Assembly (NCBI RefSeq): GCF_006345805.1
Contig: NC_043015.1
Span: 51,150,001-51,214,000 of the forward strand
Length of the DNA stretch: 64,000 nt
Source: Octopus sinensis
Taxonomy: Eukaryota
Direction of reading: 5' to 3'
Part shown: piece by piece, positions 12,551-24,135 of the stretch
Layout: every line of letters starts with the position of its first letter
Numbering within the stretch: position 1 is the first letter of the stretch
Notes under the pieces: model-generated
Told to the model about the DNA's origin: nothing
What the model saw: the letters and a program-made list of their open reading frames with translations, nothing else
Databases searched by the model: none
Translations under genes and position numbers: made by a program

Positions 12551-12892
12551 ACAGACGCAATCATATTCGCATCAAGATCTGAAATACTGTGTTGAAACTG
12601 TAGCTTGAGATGTCTTGAGAATGTCTTCAGTGAATTTGAATGGAAATGAAGAAATAGCTTTTGGATTCTACAGTTCTACACAACAGCCTCCTAAGTAGAC
12701 CAAGTGCAGATATGACTAGCATATGGGAACCGGTATGAAGGAAGGATAGGAAAATGTTAGATTTATAAGCGCTAAAATTCACTGCATAATTGCCCACGGC
12801 CATATGGCATAGTGGTTAAGAGTGTGGGCTACTAACCCCAAGATTCCGAGTTTGATTCCAAGCAGTGACCTGAATAATAATAATAATAATTG

Positions 12893-13098
12893 TTTTATTT
12901 GTTTCAGTCATTTGACTGTAGCCATGCTGGAGCACTGCCTTTAGTCGAGCAAATTGACCCCAGGACTTATTCTTTGTAAGCCTAGTACTTATTTTATCGG
13001 TCTCTCTTACTGAACCGCTAAGTGACGGGGGCTGTAAACACACCAGCATCGGTTGTCAAGCGATGTTGGGGGGACAGACACAGACACACAAACATATG

Positions 13099-13132
<34 letters not shown>

Positions 13133-13297
13133 CTATGGGCTTCTTTTCAGTTTCCATCTACCAAATCCACTCGCGAGGCTTTGGTCGGCCCAAGGCTACA
13201 GTAGAAAGCACCTGCCCAAGGTGCCATGCAGTGGGACTGAACCCAGAACCATGTGGTTGGTAAGCAAGCTACTTACGACACAGCCACTCCTGCGCCT
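12893..13297 (-). mobile_element. SINE family A inserted into the (AAT)n linker of the tRNA-head/HHR element
   Basis: Full copy with (AAT)n on both sides. Confidence 0.9.
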
Positions 13298-13369
13298 ATA
13301 ATAATAATAATAATAATGACATCGAAAAATACCTCAGGAATGAGAACCCAGGTTCAAAATTTCCCCAAG

Positions 13370-13414
13370 ACCCCTGATGAAGGCTGGAGGGTATATCAAC
13401 CAAAACGTTGTGTT
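13370..13414 (+). ncRNA. Degenerate minimal hammerhead motif downstream of a tRNA-like head
   Basis: accc-CTGATGA-a-GGCTG-gagggtatat-CAACC-AAAACGTT-gtgt; two G>A changes from CAGCC-GAAACGTT. Confidence 0.6.
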
Positions 13415-14080
13415 AACAAACAAGATAAGGACAAATATCTGTCAAATGTAAATAATGTGAATAATGTACATAATTCCTCATCTCTTAAATATAGAACTGT
13501 AGGATCTGAAATGCTGTGTTGAAACTGTAGCTTGAGATGTCTTGAGAAATAGCTTTTGGGTTATATTTTCCAAAGCTAACAAGGAATGTAGATTTTTTCC
13601 CTTTTTTTTTCATCGTTTGCTGAAAATGGAAAAAAATGGTTAATTTAATATTGAAACGTTTTCAGTGCAGAATATATGTGGCATGTCAGATAAGAACATT
13701 CCTTTATTCTTTTGTTACCATTTCTTCTGTTGAAATATTCTGTTCTTGTTTTCAGTCAGTTATTGAAAATGATGAAGAATTTAGTAGAATAACTTTGTCA
13801 TTTCCATTGTCATTGGAACATAAAAATTGACATGAAATTTTGAAGGAAGGTTTCAATTTACATTACTTGGACTTTTTAGCATTCAGATTACTCAGAGGAG
13901 TTTAATGCCTGTCTGTTCATATTGGTTCGAATTAACCATTGCATTATCTTGTAGTTTTGAGATTTTGATGAGATGATTGTTTATTTTCAGAATGGAACTG
14001 TAGGATGGATGAGAGAAGTTCAGTCTGGTCAGTTTGAATATAAAACTTAGAATATATAGGCCAGATAAAGTAACTAACTA

Positions 14081-14728
14081 AAGACCTTCTTCAGTTATGA
14101 CTGACCATGGAATTGCACCTAGAAGGTTCCCCTCCAAGGCACAAGTCCGTGCAAGGTTGTTTACAGAAGACCAGCAGTCACCCATGCATACCAGCCTCCC
14201 TTCTCCACACCCTTATATGTACATAGGGTAAGGGGTAAAGACCCATTTTGGTCATGACTGACCATGGAATTGCACCTAGAAGGTTCCCCTCCAAAACACA
14301 AGTCCTGGCAATGTTGTTTACAGAAGACCAGCAGTCAGCCATACATACCATCCTCCCTTCTCCACACCATTATATGTACATAGGGTAAGGGGTAAAGACC
14401 CATTTCGGTCATGAATGGCCACAGGATTACTCCTAGAAAGTTCCCCTCCAAGGCACAAGTCTGGGCAAGGTTGTTTATGGAAGACCAGCTGTCACCCATG
14501 CATACCAGCCTCCCCTCTCAATGCCACTGATGTTATCCAAAGGAAAGACAAAGGCTGATACAGCTTGGCACCAGTGATGTTGCAACTCATTACTACAGCT
14601 GAGTGAACTGGAGCAATGTGAAATGAAGTGTCTTGCTCAAGAACACAACACACAGCCCTGTCCAGGAATCGAACTCACTACCTTATGATTTCAAGCCTAA
14701 CATTCTAACCACTGAGCCATGTACCTTT
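14081..14728 (-). mobile_element. SINE family D with triplicated 3' segment
   Basis: Three ~157-bp copies of gaccatgg.attgcacctagaaggttcccctccaa...gaagaccagc precede the head on the + coordinates. Confidence 0.85.
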
Positions 14729-14764
14729 ACTGGGTCAGATATGGGCTGTTTAAATGCTAAAGGG

Positions 14765-14996
14765 TTAACCCATGAGAATTCAGATTACTCTATCAAGTGG
14801 AATGCTTATTTATTCGCCTTGTTTTCAGTTAATCATGAATTATCTCATAGCAATGACATTTCGATGATGCAATCATTTATTTTTAGAATGACATTGTATG
14901 TAGGGTAGGTGTGAGAGGTCAGATCTGGCCAGTTTGAACATAAAACATGTAGAATATTTGGGCTGAATATGGCTGGTTTAAGTACCACAGGGTTAA
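14765..14996. mobile_element. piggyBac-like MITE
   Basis: TTAA|CCC ... GGG|TTAA; the body is the reverse complement of 1096-1330. Confidence 0.75.
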
Positions 14997-15374
14997 GGCA
15001 GGAAGTTCGTATCATAGAACTTAATTGTTCTCACCCAGTCATGAAGATCTCAGCATTTTCTCATGTCCCTTTTGAATCCCCTACCAACGCCATAGCATAT
15101 CCTCCAAATAACCCCTCCCTCTACCTGTGCCCACTCGTTAGGTTCCTCCCCATCCGTCTCCCAATCTCCTCTTACAATCGAATGAACACAAACCTACTCT
15201 CTCCAATCTGCAGTCCAGTCTACTTCATCATATATACACCTCCCTGTAACTTGGGTGTATAACCCCGCCCCCACCTCATCACATCTTCACCATCTTCTCT
15301 CTGTTTTCATCTTTCACTCTCTCTCTCTCTCTCTCCCTTTCCCCCTGAGGTAGCCATATCTTTTTCTTCTAATC

Positions 15375-15666
15375 CAGTGGTTACCTAGCATTTTCAAGCT
15401 GCCGTACCCCACCCTTGGCACCCAGACAACATTCCTAGCACCACCACCCCAACCCGCTTACCCCACAAACATCGACAGCTTTCTGCAGCAAATTCAAAAC
15501 AGCAGTATTTCACAAATAAAACTTAACCTAGTCAACCCACTGTTTTGTTGCTATCACATTTTACATCCACCCCATTATCACCCAACTTTTCTTAAACACC
15601 CCCTGGATCTTTTCACCCCCACCCACCCACTTTGGGGAGCAGTACCGCCCACTTTGAGAACCACAG
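15375..15666. mobile_element. hAT-like MITE
   Basis: Termini cagtggtt... / ...tttgagaaccacag; a similar decayed element lies at about 7080-7359. Confidence 0.5.
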
Positions 15667-16371
15667 TACTAATGCACAACACCATTTTCTCTCGCTCAAT
15701 ACTAACTCCCCACCACACTATTGAGGGGTCTTTCCTGCAGGGTACTTGGTGACCTCACCGGTGCTGGTGCCACATAAAAATAACAGTCACTACACTCTGT
15801 AAAGGGGTCAGCATTAGGAATGGCCTCCAGCCATAGAAACCATGCCAAAGCAGATAGCAGAGCTTGGTGCAACCATCTGTTCTGTCAATTGCTGTCCAAC
15901 CATCTAAACCATCCCAGCATAGGAAATGGTCTTTAAATGATGATGATGATTATGTAACAAATTCTTTCAACTAATCCCTATGAAATTACTGTATTTCAGA
16001 CAGTTTTTGGGGATTTCAGTCTTTCCTTTAAGGGTGCTTTGTAAATTACCTTAATTTTCTTTGTTTGGCAAAGTTTTCTATGAATAAAAATTCTTTAAAA
16101 ATATAGCATTAGTGTTGTGGAAGGATTCCAACCATCCCCAAGTGACTAAATGTGGACTGATTCATTGTTATAAAACAGAGAACTGTGAGCAATTGGCAGT
16201 TCGGGTTGGTAAGCAGTTCACTCTGAGCCATTGATATAGAGCAGCGTTTCTCAACCGGGTTTCCCTGGAGCCCCAGGGTACGACAAAAGGTTCCTAGGGG
16301 TTCTATGAGAAAGAGTGAGATAAGCTAATGCTAATTTCATGATATATAATTTTATATATGTACATATATAT

Positions 16372-16914
16372 ATCATCATCATCATAATTGTCGTTTAACG
16401 TCCGCTTTCCATGCTGGCATGGGTTGGACAGTTTGATTGAGGACTGGTGAACCAGAAGGCTGCACCAGGCTCAATCTGATCTGGCAAGGTTTCTACAGCA
16501 GGATACCCTTCCTAATGCCAACCACTCTGAAAGTGAAGTGGGTGCTTTTATGAGGGCCGGTCCGGCAGCACTGGCAATGACCATGCTCAAATGTTGTTTT
16601 TCACGTGCCACCGGCACATGTGCTGGTAAGGTGACCCTGGCAACAGTCATGCTTGAATGGTGCTTTTCATGTGCCGCCAGCATGGGAGCCAATCCTTGGC
16701 CCTGGCAATGATCACGTTCGGATATGCTTTAAATGTTTCTCTGACACGAGTGTCAATCAAGCGGAACTGTCATTGGCCACGTTAGCAATTTTGATTTGAT
16801 GATTTGATTTCACTAGCCTCAATAGGTTTTCACAAGCAAAGTTTAATGTCCAATGAATGAGGGGTACTCAGAAGTGGGCTGGTTACACTCCATACTTGCA
16901 TGTGCTTTTAACGT

Positions 16915-16920
<6 letters not shown>
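16372..16920 (-). mobile_element. RTE 3'-UTR-derived repeat
   Basis: catcatc..gtttaacgtccgctttccatgctggcatgggttggac and the conserved downstream module. Confidence 0.8.
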
Positions 16921-16966
<46 letters not shown>

Positions 16967-16980
16967 TAGATAGATAACAG

Positions 16981-17102
16981 AAAATGGAGAAATATTGATG
17001 AACAACAATTGACTTACATTGATTATTATTTATTAATTCAATTGAATTAATAAATAATAATTAATCTAAGTCAATTGTTATTCCTCAATATTTCTCCATT
17101 TT
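16981..17102. repeat. 122-bp AT-rich palindrome, no spacer
   Basis: 61-bp arms with 4 mismatches, centred on ttcaa|ttgaa. Confidence 0.9.
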
Positions 17103-17272
17103 ATTTAAATTTTGATTCATGATAAACTCATGTTTATCCTTGTCTTTACCTATAACTTATGAACATAAAATGTTTGCATATGTACACTCATGGTTAAATA
17201 TTGGTAATATATCGGTAGTGTGATGGATACTTCAACTCCTTAGACTGTTATTTTAACCTCTAACTGAACTAA

Positions 17273-17317
<45 letters not shown>

Positions 17318-17406
17318 AGAATTTACAAAAAAAAACAAAAGATGAAGACAGGTGGTGTACAAAACAAACAAATGTATTAGTATAACACTCAGGAATAGAA
17401 AAAGTC

Positions 17407-17440
17407 TTTTATGTTTCGAGCCTATGCTCTTCTACAGAAA
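17407..17440 (-). ncRNA. Minimal hammerhead-like motif, CUGU core variant
   Basis: Minus strand ttt-CTGTAGA-a-GAGC-atag-GCTC-GAAACATA-aaa; (TA)n on both sides of the element. Confidence 0.6.
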
Positions 17441-17492
17441 AAAGGAGAGAAACAAGGAGAGAAACAAAAATGTGTGTAGTGGCTAACAATCT

Positions 17493-17542
<50 letters not shown>

Positions 17543-18162
17543 ATTATATATACATATATGATACTTACTACTGAGCTATGATGAAAAAATATGAGAAAGA
17601 TATGTATATAATACTATATATATATATATATATATGATATTTATTACATGAGCTATGATGAAAAAATATGAGAAAGATATGGTATATAATTTATTTTTTG
17701 TGCAGGGTTTCCTTGAGACATGTAATTTATCTTAAAGATTACACAAGGGTAAAAGTGTTGAGAAACACCAATAGAGAGCATCATGTCTCATTTAATATCA
17801 ATAGTAGTGCATCACGTAAATGCTTTCTTTCTTCCCTGCTTCGTTAAATATCCAATACAAAGAAAATTTCATCAAAATACTCAGACATCAGCTGGGATGT
17901 AGAATGGCAGTAGTAATTTGTGATGTTCAGTTTCTTTCTTTTGTTGTTTGTTTTTGTTTTCCTCCCTTTCCATTTTTCTTGTTTTTTTGAGGTTCCCCTC
18001 TCTAGTGAAACATTTGTTTGGATTTAATTAAAATGGAGTATCTTCTTCAAGTACCATCTACGCAGGAAAATAAAATAAATCCATGCGAAGCAGTTTTGTT
18101 TTAAATAATTTGTTTCACACACTTTCCAGAATAAATTCTGTCTGTCTGTCTCACTGTCTCAT

Positions 18163-18204
<42 letters not shown>

Positions 18205-18360
18205 CCTCTCTCTATCTATCTATCTGTTTATTTGTCTGGTTAGTTTCTCTGTCTGTTTATTTATCTATCCATCTGATTCTTGGTCTGTCCATCCGTTTGT
18301 CTGTCTCTGTCTTATTCTCTGTCTGTTTTTGTGTATCCTCCTCCCACTTTCTATTATATA

Positions 18361-18600
18361 CAGGGTATTTCAGAAACTCGTGATACTGTTTCAGATGTAA
18401 ATATCTGGGCATATGAAACTAATGTTGAGCAAAATGAAATTTACTCATCAAAATTTGAATGAAAAATTCAAAGGTTTGTGAATTTCATGAGCAATTTTGG
18501 TTTATTTTTGCATATCCTATTAAAATTTGAGATCATTTGAACAAGAATTGGTCCAGTTTCTAAGATTATGAAATGATGTAAATCTTTCTGGAACACCTTG
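18361..18600. mobile_element. Tc1/mariner(pogo)-like MITE
   Basis: TA|CAGGGTATTTCAGAAA ... TTTCTGGAACACCTTG|TA. Confidence 0.75.
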
Positions 18601-18911
18601 TATATACACTACATATATACACACAAATGGATGTTTGGACTGAATTAAAATAGTTGCAGTATCTTTTTGAAGTGCCATCTATGCTGATGCCCTGTAGAAA
18701 TACCTGTGCTGGTGCCACATGAAAGTGCCTCTGCCAGTGTCACATAAAGTGCTTGCACCAGTGTCACATAAAAGCGCACTTATTGGTCCCACATAAAAAC
18801 ACCTGTGCTGGTGCCATGTAACAACACCTGTGCTGGTGCCATGTAAAAGCATCAATGCTGGTGTCATGTAATGGTGCCCATGCTGGTGCCATGTGGATGC
18901 ATATGTGCCAG

Positions 18912-19352
18912 TCATCATCATCATCATCATCATCATCATTTAACGTCCGTTTTCCATGCTAGCATGGGTTGGACGGTCGACCGGGGTCTGGTAAGCCATG
19001 GAGGCTGCACCAGGCTCCAGTCTGATTTGGCAGTGTTTCTACAGCTGGATGCCCTTCCTAACGCCAACCACTCCGTGAGTGTAGTGGGTGTTTTTTATGT
19101 GCCACCGGCACAGGAGCCAGCGCAGGCTGGCAAACGGCCACGATTGGTAGGTGCTTTTACGTGTCACCAACACGGACGCCAGTTAGGTGACAAAAATCAT
19201 CTAGTACACTCTGTAAAGTGGTTGGTGCTAGGAAGGGCATCTGGCAAAACAGTTAAATGGAGCCCAGGCTGCTTTCCTACTGGCCAGCTCCTGTTAAACC
19301 ATCCAACCGATGCCAGCATGGTGAATGGATTTTAAATGATGATGATGATGAT
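18912..19352. mobile_element. Two RTE 3'-UTR-derived fragments in opposite orientation
   Basis: A minus-strand copy with (CAT)n (18912 to about 19185) is followed by a plus-strand copy ending in (GAT)n at about 19350. Confidence 0.75.
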
Positions 19353-19859
19353 AAATCACAACAAAAACATACACACACATGCACACACTCATACATACAT
19401 CTGTTTAGGTGTACAAATGGGATGAAAATACCAAAAAGGTTCCAGATGGATTTGGTTCTGTGGCAGAAATGTTTATGGCAGCTGTGCAGTGGATGCACAT
19501 GGAGATGTGTTTTGTAACCTTATAATGGGAGTTGTAGTTGTGGATAAATTGTAGAAACAAACCAATGAAGAAGTTACACCTGACGTAGTCCTTATCAACA
19601 TCATATTTGTCATCATTCATTGTCCTTTTTCCATGCTTGCACGGGTTGGACTATTTGCCACAGTATTCACACACAATTTCTGAGAAGCTAAAGTCGGATG
19701 AAAGGACAAGTGTAGGTGTCTTGCAGTAGAGGAGATACATGGCTACTCCACATCATATAAGGGTTTGGGGGAGCAGTTAGGATGAAGATAAAGGTGGTAG
19801 CGATGGGGTGCAGTCTTGAGACAGCTAAGTGTTGTGTGAAACAGTTGGAAAACACCTTT

Positions 19860-20115
19860 CAAGTGTTGGGCCTTGCAGAGGCAACGATGAATGACTGAGA
19901 CCTTGGGCATTATGCTGTGCTTGGAAAGACCCATCAAACTGGTGTCATACAACTGGCACCTGAGCCGGTGGCACATGGAAGCACCTATTACACTCTCAGA
20001 GTGGTTGGTATTAAGAAGGGCATCCAGCCATAGAGACCATGCGAAATCAGAGTGGAGTCTGTTGCAGCTTCCGTCTTGCCAGCACTGGTCAAACTGTCCA
20101 ACCCATGTCAGCCCG
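19860..20115 (+). mobile_element. RTE 3'-UTR-derived repeat
   Basis: Matches the 34.1-34.35 kb UTR and ends ...acccatgtcagc...gacattaaatgataatgatgatg. Confidence 0.75.
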
Positions 20116-20429
20116 GACAATGGACATTAAATGATAATGATGATGATGATGATGAATATCATCTAACTTTTTTGGACTGGAAATATAATGTAATGCACCA
20201 ATGAGATGCTTACAGAGTTTTGGCTTTTCTCTGACTTTAGCAGACAAATTTGGTCTAGCTTTACCGTCCCTTGGAGTTTTGAGCAATGTCATAGATTATT
20301 GCAGAGATGAAGAGAACGAAGAAAGGCAAGGGGAGGATATGTCTTGCTTTTATTTCAGAAATGTCTTCACAGGAATCTAAATTTTCTGACTTATTTCAGT
20401 AATATTCATACTATGGGGCATAATGTCAA

Positions 20430-21155
20430 GCGGTGTGTGTCTGTGTGTGTGTGTGTGTGTCTGTTTTTGTTTCTCTGTGTGTATGTGTGTGTGTGTGTAT
20501 GTGTGTGTGTATATGCGTGTGTCTGTTTTTGTTTCTGTGTGTGTGTCTGTTTTTGTTTCTGTGTGTGTGTGCACACGTGTATATGCATATGTGTGTGTGT
20601 CTGTTTTTGTTTCTAGGTGTGTATGCGTATATGTGTGTGTACATGTGTATATGCATGTGTGTGTGTGCAAACGTGTGTGTGCATGTCTGTTTTTGTTTCT
20701 CTGTGTGTATGTGTGTGCACAAGTGTATATGAATGTGTGTGTGTATGCATCTGTTTTTGTTTCTCAGTGTGTATGTGCGTGTGTGTACACATGTATATGC
20801 ATGTGTGTGTATGTACAAAGGTGTGTATATGGATGTGTGTCTGTTTTTGTTTGTCCATGTCTATGTTTCTCTATTTATGTTCCTGTTTCCCAGTGCGTGT
20901 GAGTGTGTGTGTACGTGTGTGTATGTGTGTGTGTGTGTGCAAATGTGTATATGCATATGTGTGTGTGTTTGTGTATTTATGTTTTTGTTTGTATGTGTGT
21001 GTACATGTGTATACACATATGTATGTGTGTATTTATGTTTTATTTATTTCTCTGTGTGTATATATATGTGTGTGCACATGTGTATAAGCATATATATGTG
21101 TGTGTACGTGTATACAAATGTGTATGTTTGTGTGCATGCATGTGTGCGCGTGTGA
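20430..21155. repeat. Compound (TG)n-rich microsatellite with recurring ctgtttttgtttct
   Basis: Read directly from the sequence. Confidence 0.95.
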
Positions 21156-22029
21156 ATATATTTTAATTTCAATGCTGTTTTACCTCGACTTAATTCTGTG
21201 GAATTTTACCTCATTATTTCCACTATTTTGGCTAATTTAAATATTTTCCCAATGTTTTCTTCGAGATTTTGCATAGCCTTAAGTCGTGCTGTTTTATATA
21301 TTGTATTTTATTTCATTTTTTAAAAAAGTATTTCATGGTTTATTCAGGCGAAAGGGAATGCTCTGCCTTCCTCGTCCCGTGACCTTATCAAGGCCTCCAA
21401 GAGTGGTGACACTGATGCGGCCAGTATTTAACCTGAACAGATATATAATTTGATGTTGTTGAGAAAAATCATTGATGGGAAAGGAATTTTTTAGTAGGTT
21501 AATATCCTGTGGAAGAAGGATTGGGTATATGGAGGGGGGGGGGCGTGTGTAGGAGAGTCTGCGAGGAGAGGTGAGCATAGTCTCAGGCATGGCTCTGTGG
21601 TTAAGAAGCTCAATTTGCAACCATGTGATTCCCGGTTCAATCCCACTACACAACACATTGTACAGGTGCTATTGTAACCCGGGGACTACAGATGCTTTAT
21701 GAGTGAATTTGGCAGGCAGAAACTGTATGGAAGCCCATCATATGTGTACACACATGCACACACACACACACATGCACACACACACACACCACATGCACAT
21801 GCACACACACACACGCACACACACACACACATAAATAAAGTTATATATGGCCAGTTTATAGAATTACCCTGGGTTTCACATCCATAAAGCATTTAGCTTT
21901 CATGCGCTTTATGGACGTGAGATCCAGGGTGATCCCAACCAACCTTATCTAACTTCATTTATATAATATACTGCTCTATAACTCAGAGATTGCTTGTTTT
22001 TCAGATTTATATTTTACCGACTATATATA

Positions 22030-22570
22030 TAGGTGCAGGAGTGACTGTGTGGTAAGCAGCTTGCTTACCAGCCATATGGTTCCAGGTTCAGTCCCACTGT
22101 GTGATACCTTGTGCAAGTGTTTTCTACTATAGCCTCGGGCTGACCAAAGCCTTGTGAATGGAAATTGGTGTGTCTACATCCCCATAACTTAGCGGTTTGG
22201 CAAAGGAGACTGACAGAATAAGTACGAGGCTTACCAAGAATAAGTCCTGGGGTCGATTTGTTCGACTAAAGGTGGTGCTCCAGCATGCTCGGGCCAACTA
22301 AAGCCTTGTGAGTGGATGTGGTAGATGGAAACTGAAAGAAGCCCATCAAATATATATATGTTTGTGTGTCTGTACTTGTTCCCCACCATTGCTTGACACC
22401 GATGCTGCTGTGTCTACGTCCCTGAAACTTAGCAGTTCAGCAAAAGAGACTGATAGAATAAGTACTGGGCTTACAAAGAAAAACTTCTGGGTTCGATTTG
22501 TTTGACTAAAGGCAGTGCTCCAGCATGACCACCATCAAACGATGGACACAAATAAAAGAGTAAAAGAATA
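22030..22570 (+). mobile_element. SINE family A with internal duplication
   Basis: Head at 22030; the body segment aagccttgtga...gctccagcatg occurs twice. Confidence 0.85.
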
Positions 22571-22906
22571 TATATGTATGTGTGTGTGTGTGTGTAGCAA
22601 AAATCTAGATTCAGATGAATTAGGTACTTATGTTGAGACACCAGAATTTAGTACGGTATTTTCCATACAGTTTCAAAATAAAGTGAAGTGAAGACAGTAT
22701 GTTCTTTGTCTATTTCCTTACCTTCTTGGAGGTTATAGGTAAAATTATACTGTGTCCATCAGTTTTAATTTAATTTGATTCTATGTATTAATGCAGCTGA
22801 GGATTGCTCTGCATTTAAATTGGTGTAATGGTTGTATTGTTCAATGAAATGGAGTCGCTTGAAACGACAGTACTGCATTGTCTCTGGATATCCTTGTTGC
22901 TTATTT

Positions 22907-22953
<47 letters not shown>

Positions 22954-23270
22954 ATAAAATACAAAATGGGACAAGAACGCAAACATCCTGACAGCTAGGT
23001 GATACAAAAAAGGACAACAAAACATCCTGATAGACAATACAAAGAAAACAAGGATGGGTCATTCAAAGCCCTCTTTCTTCAGTCAAGCACCATATTATCC
23101 TTACAATTTCGGCTGATTATTCTTGAGATTGCTCCAATTTGGCCAGCCCCAAGAAAAAACTAAGCTAAGAGCATTAGATTCCTTGGAAGAAATCAGCGAA
23201 TGTATAAGGACAGAAGAAACGGACAAGTTACACAAATATAAATGCAATAATAAATAATAAAAATAATAAC

Positions 23271-23307
<37 letters not shown>

Positions 23308-23401
23308 AAATCAAATAAATGCACATTAATAATGACAATAACAAACAAGAGGACATGCACATGGAATGTATTAGTTTGATGCTTGGTACGAAGAAAGAGT
23401 T

Positions 23402-23433
23402 TTTGACATTTTGAGCATAAGCTCTTCATTGGA
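23402..23433 (-). ncRNA. Heavily decayed hammerhead motif of the GAGC/GCTC family
   Basis: Minus strand CCAATGA-a-GAGC-ttat-GCTC-AAAATGTC-aaa. Confidence 0.4.
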
Positions 23434-23723
23434 GAGCAAAACAGAAAAGTCCAAAGAATGAAAAAAATCACCAACAGCATGTGTGTAGCACCGTTGCTGA
23501 AGTGAATGCCTTTGTACATACGTAGGCATTCACTTCAGTGTGTATGTATGTAGGCACAGGCATAACTATGTAGTAAGAAGCTTATTTCCTGAGTGCATGG
23601 TTTTGCACCCTGCACAATTGTCGTCTATTATAGCCCCGGGCCAGCCAAAGCCTTGTGGGTTGATTTAGTGAATGGAAATTTAAAAAAAAAAAAGCTTGTT
23701 GTGCATGTGTGGGTGTATGTGTG

Positions 23724-24135
23724 TGGCAAGCTGGCAGAACCGTTAGCATGCTGGGCAAAATGCGTAGCCGTATTTCGTTTGCCGTTACGTTCTGAGTTCA
23801 AATTCCGCCAAGGTCGACTTTGCCTTTCGTCCTTTCGGGGTCAATAAATTAAGTACCAGTTTCACACTGGGGTCGATGTAATCGGCTTAATTCGTTTGTC
23901 TGTCCTTGTTTGTCCCCTCTGTGTTTAACCCTTTGTGGGTAGTAAAGAAATAGGTATTTTGTCTGCCGTTATGTTCTGAGTTCAAATTCCGCCATGGTCG
24001 ACTTTGCCTTTCATCCTTTCGGGGTCGATAAATTAAGTACCAGTTTTGCACTGGGGTCGATGTAATCGGCTTAATTCATTTGTCTGTCCTTGTTTGTCCT
24101 CTCTACATTTAGCCCGTTGTGGGTAATAAAAAGAA
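23724..24135 (+). mobile_element. SINE family B (central domain resembling MetaSINE) with tandem duplication of its body
   Basis: ggcaagctggcagaac...gttctgagttcaaattccgcc..ggtcgactttgcctttc.tcctttcggggtc.ataaattaagtaccag; the body is repeated about 185 bp apart. Confidence 0.8.

Larger units (their letters stand above)
16242..17770. mobile_element. hAT (Charlie-like) MITE expanded by nested insertions
   Basis: TIR cagcgtttctcaac / gttgagaaacacca; candidate 8-bp TSD atatagag / atagagag (7 of 8 match). Confidence 0.65.

Noticed and set aside
23497-23538. Resemblance to miR-124 (gtgaatgcc)
   Set aside because: Only a 9-nt match, the seed TAAGGCAC is absent and the stem is too short.
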